A DNA stretch of 49,416 bases from Chiloscyllium plagiosum (Eukaryota): NCBI RefSeq assembly GCF_004010195.1, contig NC_057750.1:3950381-3999796 (forward strand), read 5' to 3'. Under the pieces are notes generated by a model. The model did no database searches and was not told where the DNA came from. It saw only the letters and a program-made list of their open reading frames with translations. Each line of letters opens with the position of its first letter. The first letter of the stretch is position 1. Position numbers and translations under genes: made by a program. Of the stretch, positions 1 to 10,820 are shown in pieces.

Positions 1-548
1 GGTGGAGTGGTGAGGGATTGGGGTGTGTTGAGCTGTGGGGTGAGGTGAGGGGTAGGTAGGGTAGGGGCATAGGATATGGGGGTCTAGGGATCAGGGGGAC
101 AGGATGGTGGGAGGTGAACCAGACAGATCCCTTCCTCTGGTCACTGACAAGGGAGGAGGGATTGAAGACACTTAATGAAACAGTTCGAGCAGAGGTCACA
201 AAGAATCCTCCAGCCCAGAAACAGGCCATTCAGCCCAACCAAATCAGTCCGTGATGTTTGTGCTCCACAGGAGCTCCTCCCACTTTACCTCAACCATCTT
301 TGGGAATGTTGACACCCGGAGGCTGCGGATATTCCAATGTCAGATATATTTAAGGTTGGGATGGACGGTTTGTCTCTCAGGATATCTAGAGACTGGGGAG
401 CAGGCAGGTGGGAGTAGTTTAGTTTGGGACTATGGTCGCCATGAACTGATTGGACCAAAGGGTTTGTTTCCATACTGTACAACTATAAACGCCAGGGACA
501 CGGAGGTGTAGAGCAGGTTGCTATTTCAATTCTGCTTCAGAGGCTTAC

Positions 549-1268
549 CTGTGTCCACAAAGTTGTGCGTACTGCTGTCCGATGGACTCCTCCTGTGCGT
601 CTGGACCTGGACCTGGGCCTGCTGTCGGATGGCACTATCTGATGGGATCCTCCTGTGCCCCCGTTTAACAGCAGAGGCTGCGCTGACGTGGGTCGGGGTG
701 AGGGACTGTTCGGGGTTCCGCTTGAAGGTTTCCACGGTCAGGTCGAGCAGGGGGTTGACGGGTGGGGCCTGGTTGGGGCTCTCAGTGCCGTCCGGTGTGG
801 CCCAGGTACCTGCCTCGTCGCTGTCGGACTGCAGGAGCGAGCGAGTGGAGTTGCAGTCCGAGACGGAGGACAGCGAGAGCAGCGTAACGGAGGACGAGGC
901 TTCCAGGGATGGCAGGACGGACTCCTTCCTGTGGGCCAGGCGGCTGGGGGGGCTGTCTGAGCTGCGACACCGCCCCGTGCGCTGGAAAATGCCCTCCCTC
1001 CTCTTCTCCTGTTCGTCGTGCAGCATCTGCTGACGGCCGAGGGAGACCAGGTCACAGCTCAGGGCCACTGAGCTCAGGATGTTGGCACAGCCCAGCAGCA
1101 CCAGCTCGTTCCTCCTACGCTGGGGACTACGTTTGAAACTGTCAGCGCTCGGGCCGTGGGTGACCGGGGAGCTGTCATCCGTCAGGCTGGTCTCGCTGTC
1201 CTGGCAACCAAGGGTGACTGGTGACTGGCTCGGACTCTGAAACCGCCCTCCGACCGGACTCTGACCCT
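549..1268 (-). CDS. MAP3K10: MAP3K10 (MLK2) coding exon ~9, 720 nt, C-terminal regulatory region
   Basis: Acceptor TTTTTACAG| at 1269 and donor G|GTAAG at 548; phase 1-1. Translation contains ELVLLGCANILSSVAL, SVTLLSLSSVSDCNSTRSLLQSDSDE, NPLLDLTVETFKRNPEQSLTPTHV and RGHRRIPSD, matching the MLK C-terminal blocks as recalled from human MAP3K10. Confidence 0.9.
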
Positions 1269-1462
1269 CTGTAAAAAGATGGAGTCGGCCTGAGATTCCA
1301 GCTCCCAGCTCCCCTTCAGCCAAACCTTCTCTCAGGGGATTCCCCAGAAAGTACATTTCTGTAGCGCCTCTCATGATCCCAAGCCAAAGGGTCCAAGGGG
1401 TTGGGGCTTCGAGTCCCACTGCAGAGCCTTGAGCACAGAGTTCAGGCTGAAACTCAAGGGCA

Positions 1463-1750
1463 GAGGGAGCGCCACACTGTCAGAGGGTCAGTGCTGAGGG
1501 AGCACCACACTGTCGGAGGGTCAGTGCTGAGGGAGCGCCGCACTGTCGGAGGGTCAGTGCTGAGGGAGCGCCGCACTGTCGGAGGGTCAGTGCTGAGGGA
1601 GCGCCGCACTGTCGGACGGTCAGCGCTGAGGGAATGCCGCACTGTCGGAGGGTCAGTGCTGAGGGAATGCTGCACTGTCGGAGGGTCAGTGCTGAGGGAG
1701 CGCCGCACTGTCGGACGGTCAGCGCTGAGGGAGCACTGCACTGTTGAGGT
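1463..1750 (+). repeat. 33-bp minisatellite, about 8.7 copies, unit GAGGGAGCGCCGCACTGTCGGAGGGTCAGTGCT
   Basis: Period 33 read directly (1463, 1496, ...). Confidence 0.97.
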
Positions 1751-2044
1751 GCCCTCTCCCATCTCCTGTGCCAGTGTAAGAATATCATTATTTTGAGGGA
1801 GAGCGAAGGAGGGGGTTCTCTGCAGGTTCCCGGAGCCAATATTTACCCCTTAATGAGCATCATAGGCCACCTGACCCGATGAAGGGGCAGCACTCCGATA
1901 GCTTGTGATTTCAGATAAACCTGGTGCTGTGTGACTCTGACCTCCAACATGCAACCTTGTCATTACATTGCTGTTTATGGGAGCTTGCTGTGCACTAACT
2001 GGCAATCATGGTTCCCACATTGCAACAGTCTCTACACTTTCTTA

Positions 2045-2375
2045 GCTTGTACCCTGGTTCAGTGAAAAGTTGTGTCTTACAAGCAGTACTGGCAGACGAT
2101 ACCGTACAAAATACATCAGGGTAATAGAACAGAGCAATGAATATAATGTTACAGCTGCAGAGAAGGTGGACAAAGAGGGAAATCAAGTGTAAAATTTGAG
2201 AGCTGCATTCAGTGGTGTAATAACAGCGGGGGAGAAACTGCTCTTGAATCTGTTGGTATGTGTGTTTGAGTTTCTGCATCTTTTGTCCGATGGAAGAGGT
2301 TGGAGGGTTATAACCGGGGTGGGAGGGATCTTTTGATTACGCTGACTGCCTTCCTGAGGCAGTGGGAAGACTCAG
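2045..2375 (-). mobile_element. Rex1/Babar-like LINE 3' fragment inside the DeuSINE
   Basis: aacagcgggggagaaactgctcttgaatctgttggta...cttttgtccgatggaagagg resembles fish and shark Rex1 3' ends (from recall). Confidence 0.45.
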
Positions 2376-2930
2376 TGGAAGGTAAAGTGCTTTGGGATGT
2401 CCTGGGATTGTGAAAGGCGCTATACAAATGCAAGTTCTCAGACAGCCAGAAACAGAGAGAGTCGACATTGAGAACACCTCTCGTTCAGTTCTCCCACGAG
2501 TGCCCCAAAGCCGACCCCCCTTCCCCCCCGACACCAGTACCCTGTGTCCCTTCCCCCACATCCCACCCAGCCTCCCCAGCTTCCTTGAGACCCCTCCCCA
2601 TGTCCCCGAGCCCCCTCCCCTGCATCACCGAGCCCCCTCTCTGGCATCCCCAACCCCACTGCCCACGTCTCCCCCACCATCCCCCACATCTAAGTTGCAC
2701 TCCCCCACCCCCCACCCTTCCCTGTGTCCCCAACACCCCTCCCCCAAGTCCCTAACAGCCACATTTTGAAGGTGGGAGTCCCTGACCGTTGAATGAGAAA
2801 CCCTTGTTGAGTTACTTCCCCTCTCACTTCCCCGGCACAAGAACATTTTGGGGGGTGGTGGGTGGGGGAGGTTCTGCCTTCCGCGCTCCCCCCTCTCTCA
2901 CCGACACTCTGAGGGAAGATGTGTACTTAC

Positions 2931-3043
2931 CCATCTCGGTCAGACTGGCAAAGCCCATGGTGATCGGGATGTGCCGAGGGGTTTTCCCCAGACTTGGTGC
3001 ACTCGAAGACCAAAACTTGCTGCCATCACCCAGACACCGCAAC
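2931..3043 (-). CDS. MAP3K10: MAP3K10 coding exon ~8, 113 nt
   Basis: CTGCAG| acceptor and ATGG|GTAAGT donor. Encodes (R)LRCLGDGSKFWSSSAPSLGKTPRHIPITMGFASLTEM, matching the MLK WSSSAPNLGK...GFASL motif. Phases fit both neighbours (2 in, 1 out). Confidence 0.92.
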
Positions 3044-3319
3044 CTGCAGAGGCAGCAAGGAAGCTGGCTCAGGGACCCAAATAGCCATTGGGCCCATCGG
3101 ACCACACTCTGTACTAGATCACCTCCAGCAGCCAACAGCAATCTAAACATTCACTTCAATGTTTACCCTCTTCCCATTCCGCCCAAACGTTTTAACTTCC
3201 AATCCAGATCAAAACCAAAGTGTTCTTTCCTCTAACTGCGGTAATTTCTGTAAACATCAAATTCTGTTTCTGTTTCTGTTTCATGAACTCACTTATTGTT
3301 ACATATCTAATATCAGGGG

Positions 3320-3630
3320 ACCAGAGCGTTAATCCACAGAGCCAGGTAATATTTGAACCTGGGTTCAAATCCCACCACGGCATTGAATTCAAAACAAAGA
3401 AAATCTGGAATTAAGAGTCTAATAATGACTGTGAACTGTCAGAAAACCCCATCTGGGTCACTAATCTCCTCGAGGGAAGGAAACTGCTATCCTTACCTGG
3501 TCTGGTCTATGTGTGACTCCAGACCCACAGCAATGGGATTGATTCTTAACTGCCTTCTGGGCAATTAGGGATGGGCAATAAATGCTGGCCCAGCCAGTGG
3601 CACCCACATCCCATGAATACATTTTAAAAA
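3320..3630 (+). mobile_element. tRNA-derived SINE (third family) with tail gggcaattagggatgggcaataaatgctggcc; other copies near 3655-4115, 15160-15860, 23395-23740(-), 33780-34120, 44230-44820(-), 44830-45175
   Basis: B-box ggttcaaatccc; body agggaaggaaa.ctgc..tccttacctggtctgg...tgtgactccagacccacagcaa recurs at all listed positions. Confidence 0.75.
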
Positions 3631-3694
3631 ATCTAGTATCTGTGAAGGAGACTAAGGTGTAGTAGTGTCACTGAACTAGTCATCCAGGAAGACA

Positions 3695-3870
3695 GTGAGG
3701 ACTGCAGATGCTGGAGGTCAGAGTTGAGAGTGTGTTGCTGGAAAACCACAGCAGGTCAAGCAGCATCCAAGGAGCAGGAGAATTGACGTTTCAGTCCGAA
3801 ACGTCAATTTTCCTGCTCCTTGGCTGATGCCTGACCTGCTGTGCTTTTCCAGCAACATACTCTCAACACT
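3695..3870. mobile_element. Palindromic PLE family-A terminal remnant inserted in a SINE
   Basis: Inverted arms around gacgtttc-agtcc-gaaacgtc; flanking direct repeat gtcatccaggaag(a/c)cag at about 3679 and 3872. Confidence 0.75.
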
Positions 3871-4121
3871 GGTCATCCAGGAAGCCAGTCTGATGTTCTG
3901 GGAATATGGGTTTAAATATGATCACAGTTAATGGTGTAATATGAATTAAATAAAACAGCTGGCATAATGGTGTGGCTAAAAACCCATCTGGTTCAGTAAT
4001 GTCCTTCAGGGAAGGAAATCTGCCATCTTTGCTGAGTCTGGTCAACATTGCTGTCGTATTTGATGTACAGTAATGTAGGATGAGCAATCAATGCTGGCCT
4101 AGCCAATGACACTCACATGGA

Positions 4122-5040
4122 GTCATAGAGTCATAGAGATGTACAGCATGGAAACAGACCCTTTGGTCCAACCCGTCCATGCCGACCAGATATCCCAACC
4201 CAATCTAGTCCCACCTGCCAGCACCCGGCCCATATCCCTCCAAACCCTTCCTATTCATATACCCATCCAAATGCCTCTTAAATGTTGCAATTGTACCAGC
4301 CTCCACCACTTCCTCTGGCAGTTCATTCCAAACCCGTACTACCCTCTGTGTGAAAAAAGTCATCCCTTAGGTCTCGTTTATATCTTTCCCCTCTCACCCT
4401 AAACCTATGCCCTCTAGTTCTGGATTCCCCCACCCCAGGTAAAAGGCTTTGCCTATTTATCCTATCCATGCCCCTCATAATTTTGTAAACCTCTATAAGG
4501 TCACCCCTCAGCCTCCGACGCTCCAGGGAAAACAGCCCCAGCCTGTTCAGCCTCTCCCTATAGCTTAAATCCTACAACCCTGGCAACATCCTTGAAAATC
4601 TTTTCTGAACACTTTCAAGTTTCACAACACCTAACCAATGTCCTGTATGGCCGCAACATGACCTCCCAACTCCTGGACTCAATACTCTGACCAATAAAGG
4701 AAAGCATACCAAAGGTCACCTTCACTATCCTATCTAGCTGCGACTCCACTTTCAAGGAGCTATGAACCTGCACTCCAAGGTCTCTTTTTTCAGCAACACT
4801 CCCTAGGACCTTACCATTAAGGGTATAAGTCCTGCTAAGGCTTGCTTTACCACAATGAAGCACCTCGCATTTATCTAAATTAAACTCTATCTGCCACTTC
4901 TCAGCCCATTGGCCCATCTGGTCCAGATCCTGCTGTAATCTGAGGTAACCCTCTTCCCTGTCCACTTCACTTCCAATTTTGGTGTCATCTGCAAACATAC
5001 TAACTGTACCTCTTATGTTCGCATCCAAATCATCTATGTA
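4122..5040 (-). mobile_element. CR1 (HER1-like) LINE, 5'-truncated and degenerate
   Basis: ORF fragment SMFADDTKIG...LQQDLD...WAEKWQIEFNLDKCEVLH...DLGVQVHSSLKV; tail gagtcatagagtcatagag. Confidence 0.92.
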
Positions 5041-5109
5041 TCTTAGGAATTATTTTGTTTTGAAAATGTGATGGATGCACTGGGTCCCCGCCCCCTCCAA
5101 GGGCATTGT

Positions 5110-5432
5110 GGGTTTAACCAAGACCTTTTCCCTGGGGTGGGGGAGTCCAGAACTAGAGGGCATAGGCTTCAGGTGAGAGGGGAAAGATTTAAAAGGGACC
5201 CGAGTGGCAACCTTTTCACACAGAGGGTGGTGTGTGTATGGAATGAGCTGCCAGAGGAAGTGGTGCACACTGGTACAATTGCAATATTTAAAGGCATCTG
5301 GAGGGTTATATGAATAGGAAGGGGTATGGACCAAATGCTGGCAAGTGGCTCTAGGTTAATTTGGGATATCTGGCCAGCATGGACCAATTGGACCGAAGGG
5401 TTTGTTTCTTTGCTGTATATGACTCCATGACG
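5110..5432 (+). mobile_element. CR1 LINE 3' end
   Basis: LFPGVGESRTRGH...FTQRVVCVWNELPEEVV followed by the CR1 3'UTR. Confidence 0.88.
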
Positions 5433-5567
5433 ATACAGCATAGGGCCAATTAAAGACAATTGAAAAAACAGCCCATGTGCTGGTCACAAAGAATTCTCCA
5501 GCCCTGAAACAGGCCATTCAGCCCAACCACTGGGGGACTATATTCCTTGGCGAAGGAAGATTCTCAC

Positions 5568-5706
5568 CTGTCCTCACCACCCAGACGCTCCTTCTGCTGC
5601 GTTGAGCTGGGGCCCCAGGTCCGCCCTTTCTTCTTGTGACCCTCGAACTCTTCACGTTTGTAAACGGCACTGCGGCCCCAGGTCTGACTGCCCTCTCCAG
5701 GGGTCA
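5568..5706 (-). CDS. MAP3K10: MAP3K10 coding exon ~7, 139 nt (not in the ORF track)
   Basis: CTGCAG| acceptor and AG|GTGAGA donor. Manual translation is [65 protein letters not shown] is characteristic of MAP3K10. Confidence 0.92.
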
Positions 5707-5917
5707 CTGCAGACAACAAAGATCTCAATCAGCCAAGCCGGGCAGCTCCACTCTGCCCTCTGACCAACACCAACTCACGCCCTCTTCCACACGCTCCTTT
5801 CTCTGAGGCTTCTGCCATGGCTCAGAGTGTTGTAACCACACCTCACGCTCAGAAGGTCAGGGGTTCAAGTCCCATACCAGCAACATGAGCAAAATCAAAA
5901 ATCCAGGCTGACCCTCT

Positions 5918-6665
5918 CAGTGCTGCATCTTTGGAGGGTCGGCGCTGAGGGACCGCCGCGCTGACGGAGGGTCGGCGCTGAGGGACCGCCGCACTGAGGG
6001 ACCGCCGCGCTGACGGAGGGTCGGCGCTGAGGGACCGCCGCGCTGACGGAGGGTCGGCGCTGAGGGACCGCCGCGCTGACGGAGGGTGGGTGCTGTGGGA
6101 CCGCCGCGCTGACGGAGGGTGGGCGCTGTGGGACCGCCGCGCTGACGGAGGGTGGGAGCGCCGCACTGTCGGAGGGTCAATGCTGCGGGAGCGCCGCACT
6201 GTCGGAGGGTCAATGCTGCGGGAGCGCCGCACTGTCGGAGGGTCAATGCTGCGGGAGCGCCGCACTGTCGGAGGGTCAATGCTGCGGGAGCGCCGCACTG
6301 TCGGAGGGTCAGTGCTGAGGGTGCGCCGCACTGTCGGAGGGTCAGTGCTGAGGGAGCGCCGCACTGTCGGAGGGTCAGTGTTGAGGGAGCGTCGCACTGT
6401 CGGAGGTTCAGTGCTGAGGGAGCGCCGCACTGTCGGAGGGTCAGTGCTGAGGGAGTGTCGCACTGTCGGAGGGTCAGTGTTGAGGGAGTGTCGCACTCTC
6501 GGAGGGTCAATGCTGAGGGAGTGTCGCACTGTTGAAGGTGCTGTCTTTTCAAATGAGACATTAGACCATTGCTCCCTCTGCCATTTGAAGTGCGGAGGGT
6601 CAGTGCTGAGGGAGTGCTGCACTGTCGGAGGGTCAGTGCTGAGGGAGTGCTGCACTGTCGGAGGT
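5918..6665 (+). repeat. 33-bp minisatellite, about 20 copies in variant blocks
   Basis: Consecutive blocks of three unit variants: gagggaccgccgcgctgacggagggtcggcgct, gggagcgccgcactgtcggagggtcaatgctgc and the canonical unit. Confidence 0.96.
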
Positions 6666-6780
6666 GCTGTCTTTTCAAATGAGACATTAGACCATTGCTC
6701 CCTCTGCCATTTGAAGTGGGTGTTACAATTCCAAGGCTTCTCTATTTAAGAAGCATATCCTGCCATTTATTATATCCCAG

Positions 6781-7009
6781 CTGAAATGTGTTGCTGGAAA
6801 AGCGCAGCAGGTCAGGCAGCATCCAAGGAACAGGAGAATCGACGTTTCAGGCATAAGCCCTTCTTCAGGAAAGGCGGTGGTTCCTGAAGAAGGGCTTATG
6901 CCCGAAACGTCGATTCTCCTGTTCCTTGGATGCTGCCTGACCCGCTGCGCTTTTCCAGCAACACATTTCAGCTCTGATCTCCAGCATCTGCAGTCCTCAC
7001 TTTCTGCTC
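6781..7009. mobile_element. Palindromic PLE family-A insertion with hammerhead cores on both strands
   Basis: About 90-bp inverted arms. 16-bp TSD atttattat(a/c)tcccag at 6765-6780 and 7010-7025. CTGAAGA-A-GGGC-TTAT-GCCC-GAAA-CGTC at 6884-6911. Confidence 0.82.
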
Positions 7010-7614
7010 ATTTATTATCTCCCAGCCAACATCACTAAAACAAATTGTCCAGTCATTATCACACCTCAATATCTGGGAGCTTGCTGTGAGTGAATTGGCT
7101 GCAGCATTTCCTACATCATATCAGGGACCATTTTTCAGAATGGTACCGAAATGGCTGCAGAGCTCAATTCTGTTGGTAACCATGAGGGCCACAAGAGGGC
7201 AGTTTTGTTCCATTTTACACCAGTTCACTTGTGGTTCCTGCTTTATATTTCCATCAATCTCCTCGCAAAGCCCAGGCAGAGCTCCCATTGCAGACAGTAA
7301 TAGATCGCCCATTGTCTACTCTAGAATGTATCCTCTGAAGAAGCAGTAGCCATAACAACCGCTCCTTCTCAAGTCTCCCGCCTCTAGAATCTCCAAATGG
7401 AGATAAAACCAGCAAGTGCCAAAGTAAGACTGAAAACAGGAATTGTATTTCCTGGTTCAACCCCACTCTCGCACCACTTCCCACCTCCCCCCGCCCAACT
7501 CTGACTTTACAGCAGGCACCCCCCGACTTAGTGGGTGAATGTCTTTCTGAGGCCTGCCTCAATTAATAACACCTTAGAGATTACCTCAGGAATATGAAGA
7601 GGCTGAGAGTTTTC

Positions 7615-8290
7615 TAGAACATCTCGGGGTTACCACTGACCAGAAACTAAACTGGACTAGTGATATAAATACAGTGGCTCCAAGAGCAGGTCAGAGGCTG
7701 GGAATCCTGCCGTGAGTAACTCACCTCCTGACTCCCCAAAGCCTGTCCACCATCTACGAGGCACAAGTTCGGAGGGTGATGGAATACTGCCCACTTGCTG
7801 TGGATGGGTGCAGCTCCAACAACACTCAAGAAACACACCATCCAGGACAAAGCAGCTCCCCCGCTCCATGTGATTGACACCAAATCCATAAATATCCACT
7901 CCCTCCACCCCTGACACTCAGTAGCAGCAGTGTGCCCCATCTACAAGATGCACTGCAGAAACTCACCAAATATCCTCAGAAAGCACCTTCCAAACCCATG
8001 ACCACTTCCATCTGGAAGTACAAGAGCAGCAGATACACGGGCACACCACCCCCTGCAAGTTCCCCTCTGAGCAACACCCCAGCCTGACTGTGGAAATATA
8101 TCTCCGTTCCTTCATTGTCTCTGGGTCAGAATCCTGGAATTCCCTCCCTAAGGGTAATGTGGGTCAACCCACAGCAAGTGGACTGCAGTGGTTCAAGAAG
8201 GCAGCTCACCCCCACCTTCTCAAGGGGCAACTAGGGATGGGCAATAAATGCTGGACCCAGCCAGTGACACCCATGTTCCATGAATGCTTA
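7615..8290 (+). mobile_element. CR1/L2-clade LINE 3' part (second LINE family); related copies at 19070-19460, 31920-33600(-), 41975-42530, 47040-47750(-)
   Basis: Degenerate ORF2 C-terminus (LSTIYEAQVRRVMEY, IYKMHCRNSP); 3' tail agggatgggcaataaatgctgg shared with the third SINE family. Confidence 0.75.
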
Positions 8291-8572
8291 AAAGGAGAGA
8301 GGACTGTGGGGTGATTTAACCTAGAATTGCAAAAGGGCTTGTTAAAATGCCTTACAGAGGGCTGAGGGAGTGGATTTAAATTTGCTTTTATAATGTACAA
8401 GTTTGAAAAGTTGGGTATAGCTTTGACTGAAGAATCTGCTGTTCTCAGACCCACGAAAGTGCAGCCAGCCTCCATGTTACAGCTGTCACCGTGCCTGGAA
8501 TTAATGCTCCCCACCAACAGAGAGATGCTGGATTCCCGGAGTAGGTGCTAGCAGTGCCGAGATACAACTTAC

Positions 8573-8695
8573 AGCGAATGGCCCTCAGTCGGGGGATGAT
8601 GATGGGGCTGCCAGGGGGGCTGGATCCATCTGTCGCCTGACCCTTCCACTTGTCCATGGTTGGTGAGGCCTGCACCGTGATCTTGTGCTCAAACC
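8573..8695 (-). CDS. MAP3K10: MAP3K10 coding exon ~6, 123 nt, second half of the CRIB motif
   Basis: CCAAAAG| acceptor and T|GTAAGT donor. Encodes [41 protein letters not shown]; phase 1-1. Confidence 0.93.
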
Positions 8696-8968
8696 CTTTT
8701 GGACAAACAGAAACCCTCGCGTTATCTTTCAGCAGGAAGCACGTCCACAAGACCAGCAGCAACTGGAGCAGGGTTAGGCCGTCTCACTGCCCTCGTCAAC
8801 CTGTTCGGAGATGTTATGACACGCCTCTGGGACAGGTGGAGCTTGTACCTGGGCCTCAGGGCTCAGGGGAAGGGACACTACCACTGTGCCACGACAGTCC
8901 TCCTAGACGTAGGCCATTCAGCCCTTTGGGACTGCTCCAACATTCAATAGGATCAGGGCTGATTCATT

Positions 8969-9062
8969 TCCTGATGAAGGGCCTTTGCCCTAAAGATCGA
9001 TTTTCCTGCTCCTCGGATGCTGCCTGACCTGCTGTGCTTTTCCAGCACCACTCTAATCTAAA
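8969..9062 (+). mobile_element. PLE family-A terminal fragment with a mutated hammerhead core (GAAA>TAAA)
   Basis: ctgatgaagggcctttgccctaaa; flanking direct repeat atc(a/g)gggctgattca at about 8952 and 9063. Confidence 0.72.
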
Positions 9063-9274
9063 ATCGGGGCTGATTCAGTTTTGTCCTCAGCTCCATTTTC
9101 CTGTCCTGAATCGTCTGTCCAAACATCTGTCCAACTCTACCCTTAACCATCCCTGACCATCTCTGAGGAACAGAATTCCACAGACCCGACACCCTCAGAG
9201 AGGAAATTCCTCCTTGTTTCCGGCTTAGAAGGGAGACTCCTTAATCTTAAGAAGCAGTCCCTAGTTAACAAGGG

Positions 9275-10490
9275 GAATACTGTGTCCAGTTCTGGTCACT
9301 CTATTATAGGAAGAATATTATTAAACAAGAAAGGGTTCAGAAGAGATTTACCAGAATGTTGCTGGGAATAGAAGGTTTGAGCTATATAGAAAGGCCAGAG
9401 TGCAGGAGGTAGAGATGTGACCTTACGGGGTTTCATAAGGTCATGAGGGCAATAGATGTGGTGTCTTTTCCCTCGGGTGGGGTATTTCAAGACTAGGGGG
9501 CATATATTTTTAAGGTGAGAGGAGAAAGATTTAAAAAGTGTAGTTGAACAAAGAGACCTTGGAGTGCAGGTTCATAGCTCCTTGAAAGTGGAGTCGCAGG
9601 TAGATAGGATAGTGAAGGTGTTTGGTATGCTTTCCTTTATTGGTCAGAGCATTGAGTACAGGAGTTGGGAGGTCATGTTGTGGAAGTACAGGATATTGTG
9701 AGGCCATTCTTGGAATACTGTGTTCAATTCTGGTCTCCCTCCAATCGGAAGGATGTTAAACTTGAATGGGTTCGGAAAAGATTTATAAGGATGTTGCCAG
9801 GGTTGGAGGATTTGAGCTATAGGGAGAGGCTGACCAAGTTGGGGCTGTTTTCCCTGGAGCATCGGAGGCTGAGGGGTGACCTCATAGAGGTTTATAAAAT
9901 CATGAGGGGCATGGATAGGGTAAATAGACAAAATCTTTTCCCTGGGGTGGGGGAGTCCAGAACTAAAGGGCATAGGTTGAAGGAGAGAGGGGAAAGGTAT
10001 AAAAGAGACCTAAGGGGCAACTTCTTCATGCAGAGGGTGGTACGTGTATGGAATGTGCTGCCAGAGGAAGTGGTGGAGGCTGGTACAATTACAACATTTA
10101 AAAGGCATCTGGATGAGTATATGAATAGGAAGGGTTTGGAGAGATATGGGCTAAATGCTGGCAAATGGGACTAGATTGGGTGGGGATATATGGTCAGCAT
10201 GAACGAGTTGGGCCAAAGGGTCTGTTTCTGTGCTGTATATCTCTAGAACTCTATGACACGAGGGGCAATTTTGTTTTTTTACACAGAGAGTACTTCGTGT
10301 ACAGAATGAACTTCCAGAGGAAGTAGTGGATGCAGGTACAGTTAAGAGACATATGGCTAAGTACATGACTAGGAAATGTTTGGAGGGATATGGGCCAGGT
10401 ACAGGCAGGTGGGAATAGTTTAGTTTGGGGATTATCGTCGGCATTGACTGGTTGGGCCTAAGGGTCTGTTTCGTGCGGTATGACTCTGAC
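9275..10490 (+). mobile_element. Nested CR1 LINE fragments: a copy at about 9540-10257 inside an older copy
   Basis: ORF LEYCVQFWSP...SYRERL...LEHRRLRGDLIEVYKIM...WNVLPEEVV; two CR1 3' tails (about 10257 and 10490). Confidence 0.9.
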
Positions 10491-10509
10491 GCTGAGAGAG
10501 AAACTGGGG

Positions 10510-10820
10510 AACTGAAGGTGTCCTGCCCTTTTGATGGTGGTTAAAAAAAAATCCCACAGCCACCATTTCAAAGAAAGACGGGAGAACTCTCTCCTGTGTC
10601 TTGGCTAGTATTTATCCCCGGACCAACATCACTCAAAAAAGGAAGAAGGATGACATATGGTTATGTCACGTTCCTGTTGGTGGGATCTTGCTGTGTGCTA
10701 ACTGGCTGCCATGTTTCCACATTACAACAGTCACCAGGCATCAATATGAACAGGACCTCAATGGTCATCAATTGCTCTGGGGGGGACGGCCATGATAGGC
10801 GCTATATTAATGCAAGTCAT
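10510..10820 (+). mobile_element. DeuSINE 3' part; other DeuSINE fragments at about 22510-22985, 23990-24200(-), 30235-30445, 37815-38205, 40135-40540(-), 45455-45880(-)
   Basis: tatttatccc..accaacatcac, gtgggatcttgctgtgtgctaactggctgcc and the tail ggcgctatattaatgcaagtc. Confidence 0.7.

Larger units (their letters stand above)
1400..2440 (+). mobile_element. DeuSINE (SacSINE1/AmnSINE1-like) with an internal 33-bp minisatellite, interrupted by a PLE fragment and a LINE fragment
   Basis: tRNA B-box-like head (ttcgagtcccact), Deu-domain body (gccaatatttaccc; cattgctgtttatgggagcttgctgtg) and tail (gtaaagtgctttgggatgtcctg...aaaggcgctatacaaatgcaag). Confidence 0.75.
5835..7150 (+). mobile_element. 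DeuSINE with a large internal 33-bp expansion (5918-6665) and a PLE insertion
   Basis: Head gggttcaagtccca; body gtcttttcaaatgagacatt and ccaacatcactaaaaca...gggagcttgctgtgagtgaattggctgc. Confidence 0.8.

Noticed and set aside
1269..1419. N-terminal extension of the 297-aa ORF (MGLEAPTPW...) as coding
   Set aside because: Lies upstream of a good acceptor at 1269/1270, has no MLK similarity, and starts in a SINE head.
2490..2760. Pro-rich ORF (2392-2769)
   Set aside because: C-rich low-complexity intronic sequence antisense to MAP3K10, starting in a SINE tail.
1463..6720. 33-bp arrays as CRISPR arrays or coding repeats
   Set aside because: Head-to-tail units with no unique spacers, no cas genes, vertebrate intron context, and embedded in DeuSINEs.
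6781..7009. Hairpins as miRNA precursors or DNA-transposon MITEs
   Set aside because: The arms are PLE terminal repeats with variable-length TSDs and hammerhead cores; the same sequence also occurs as single arms and near a PLE ORF.
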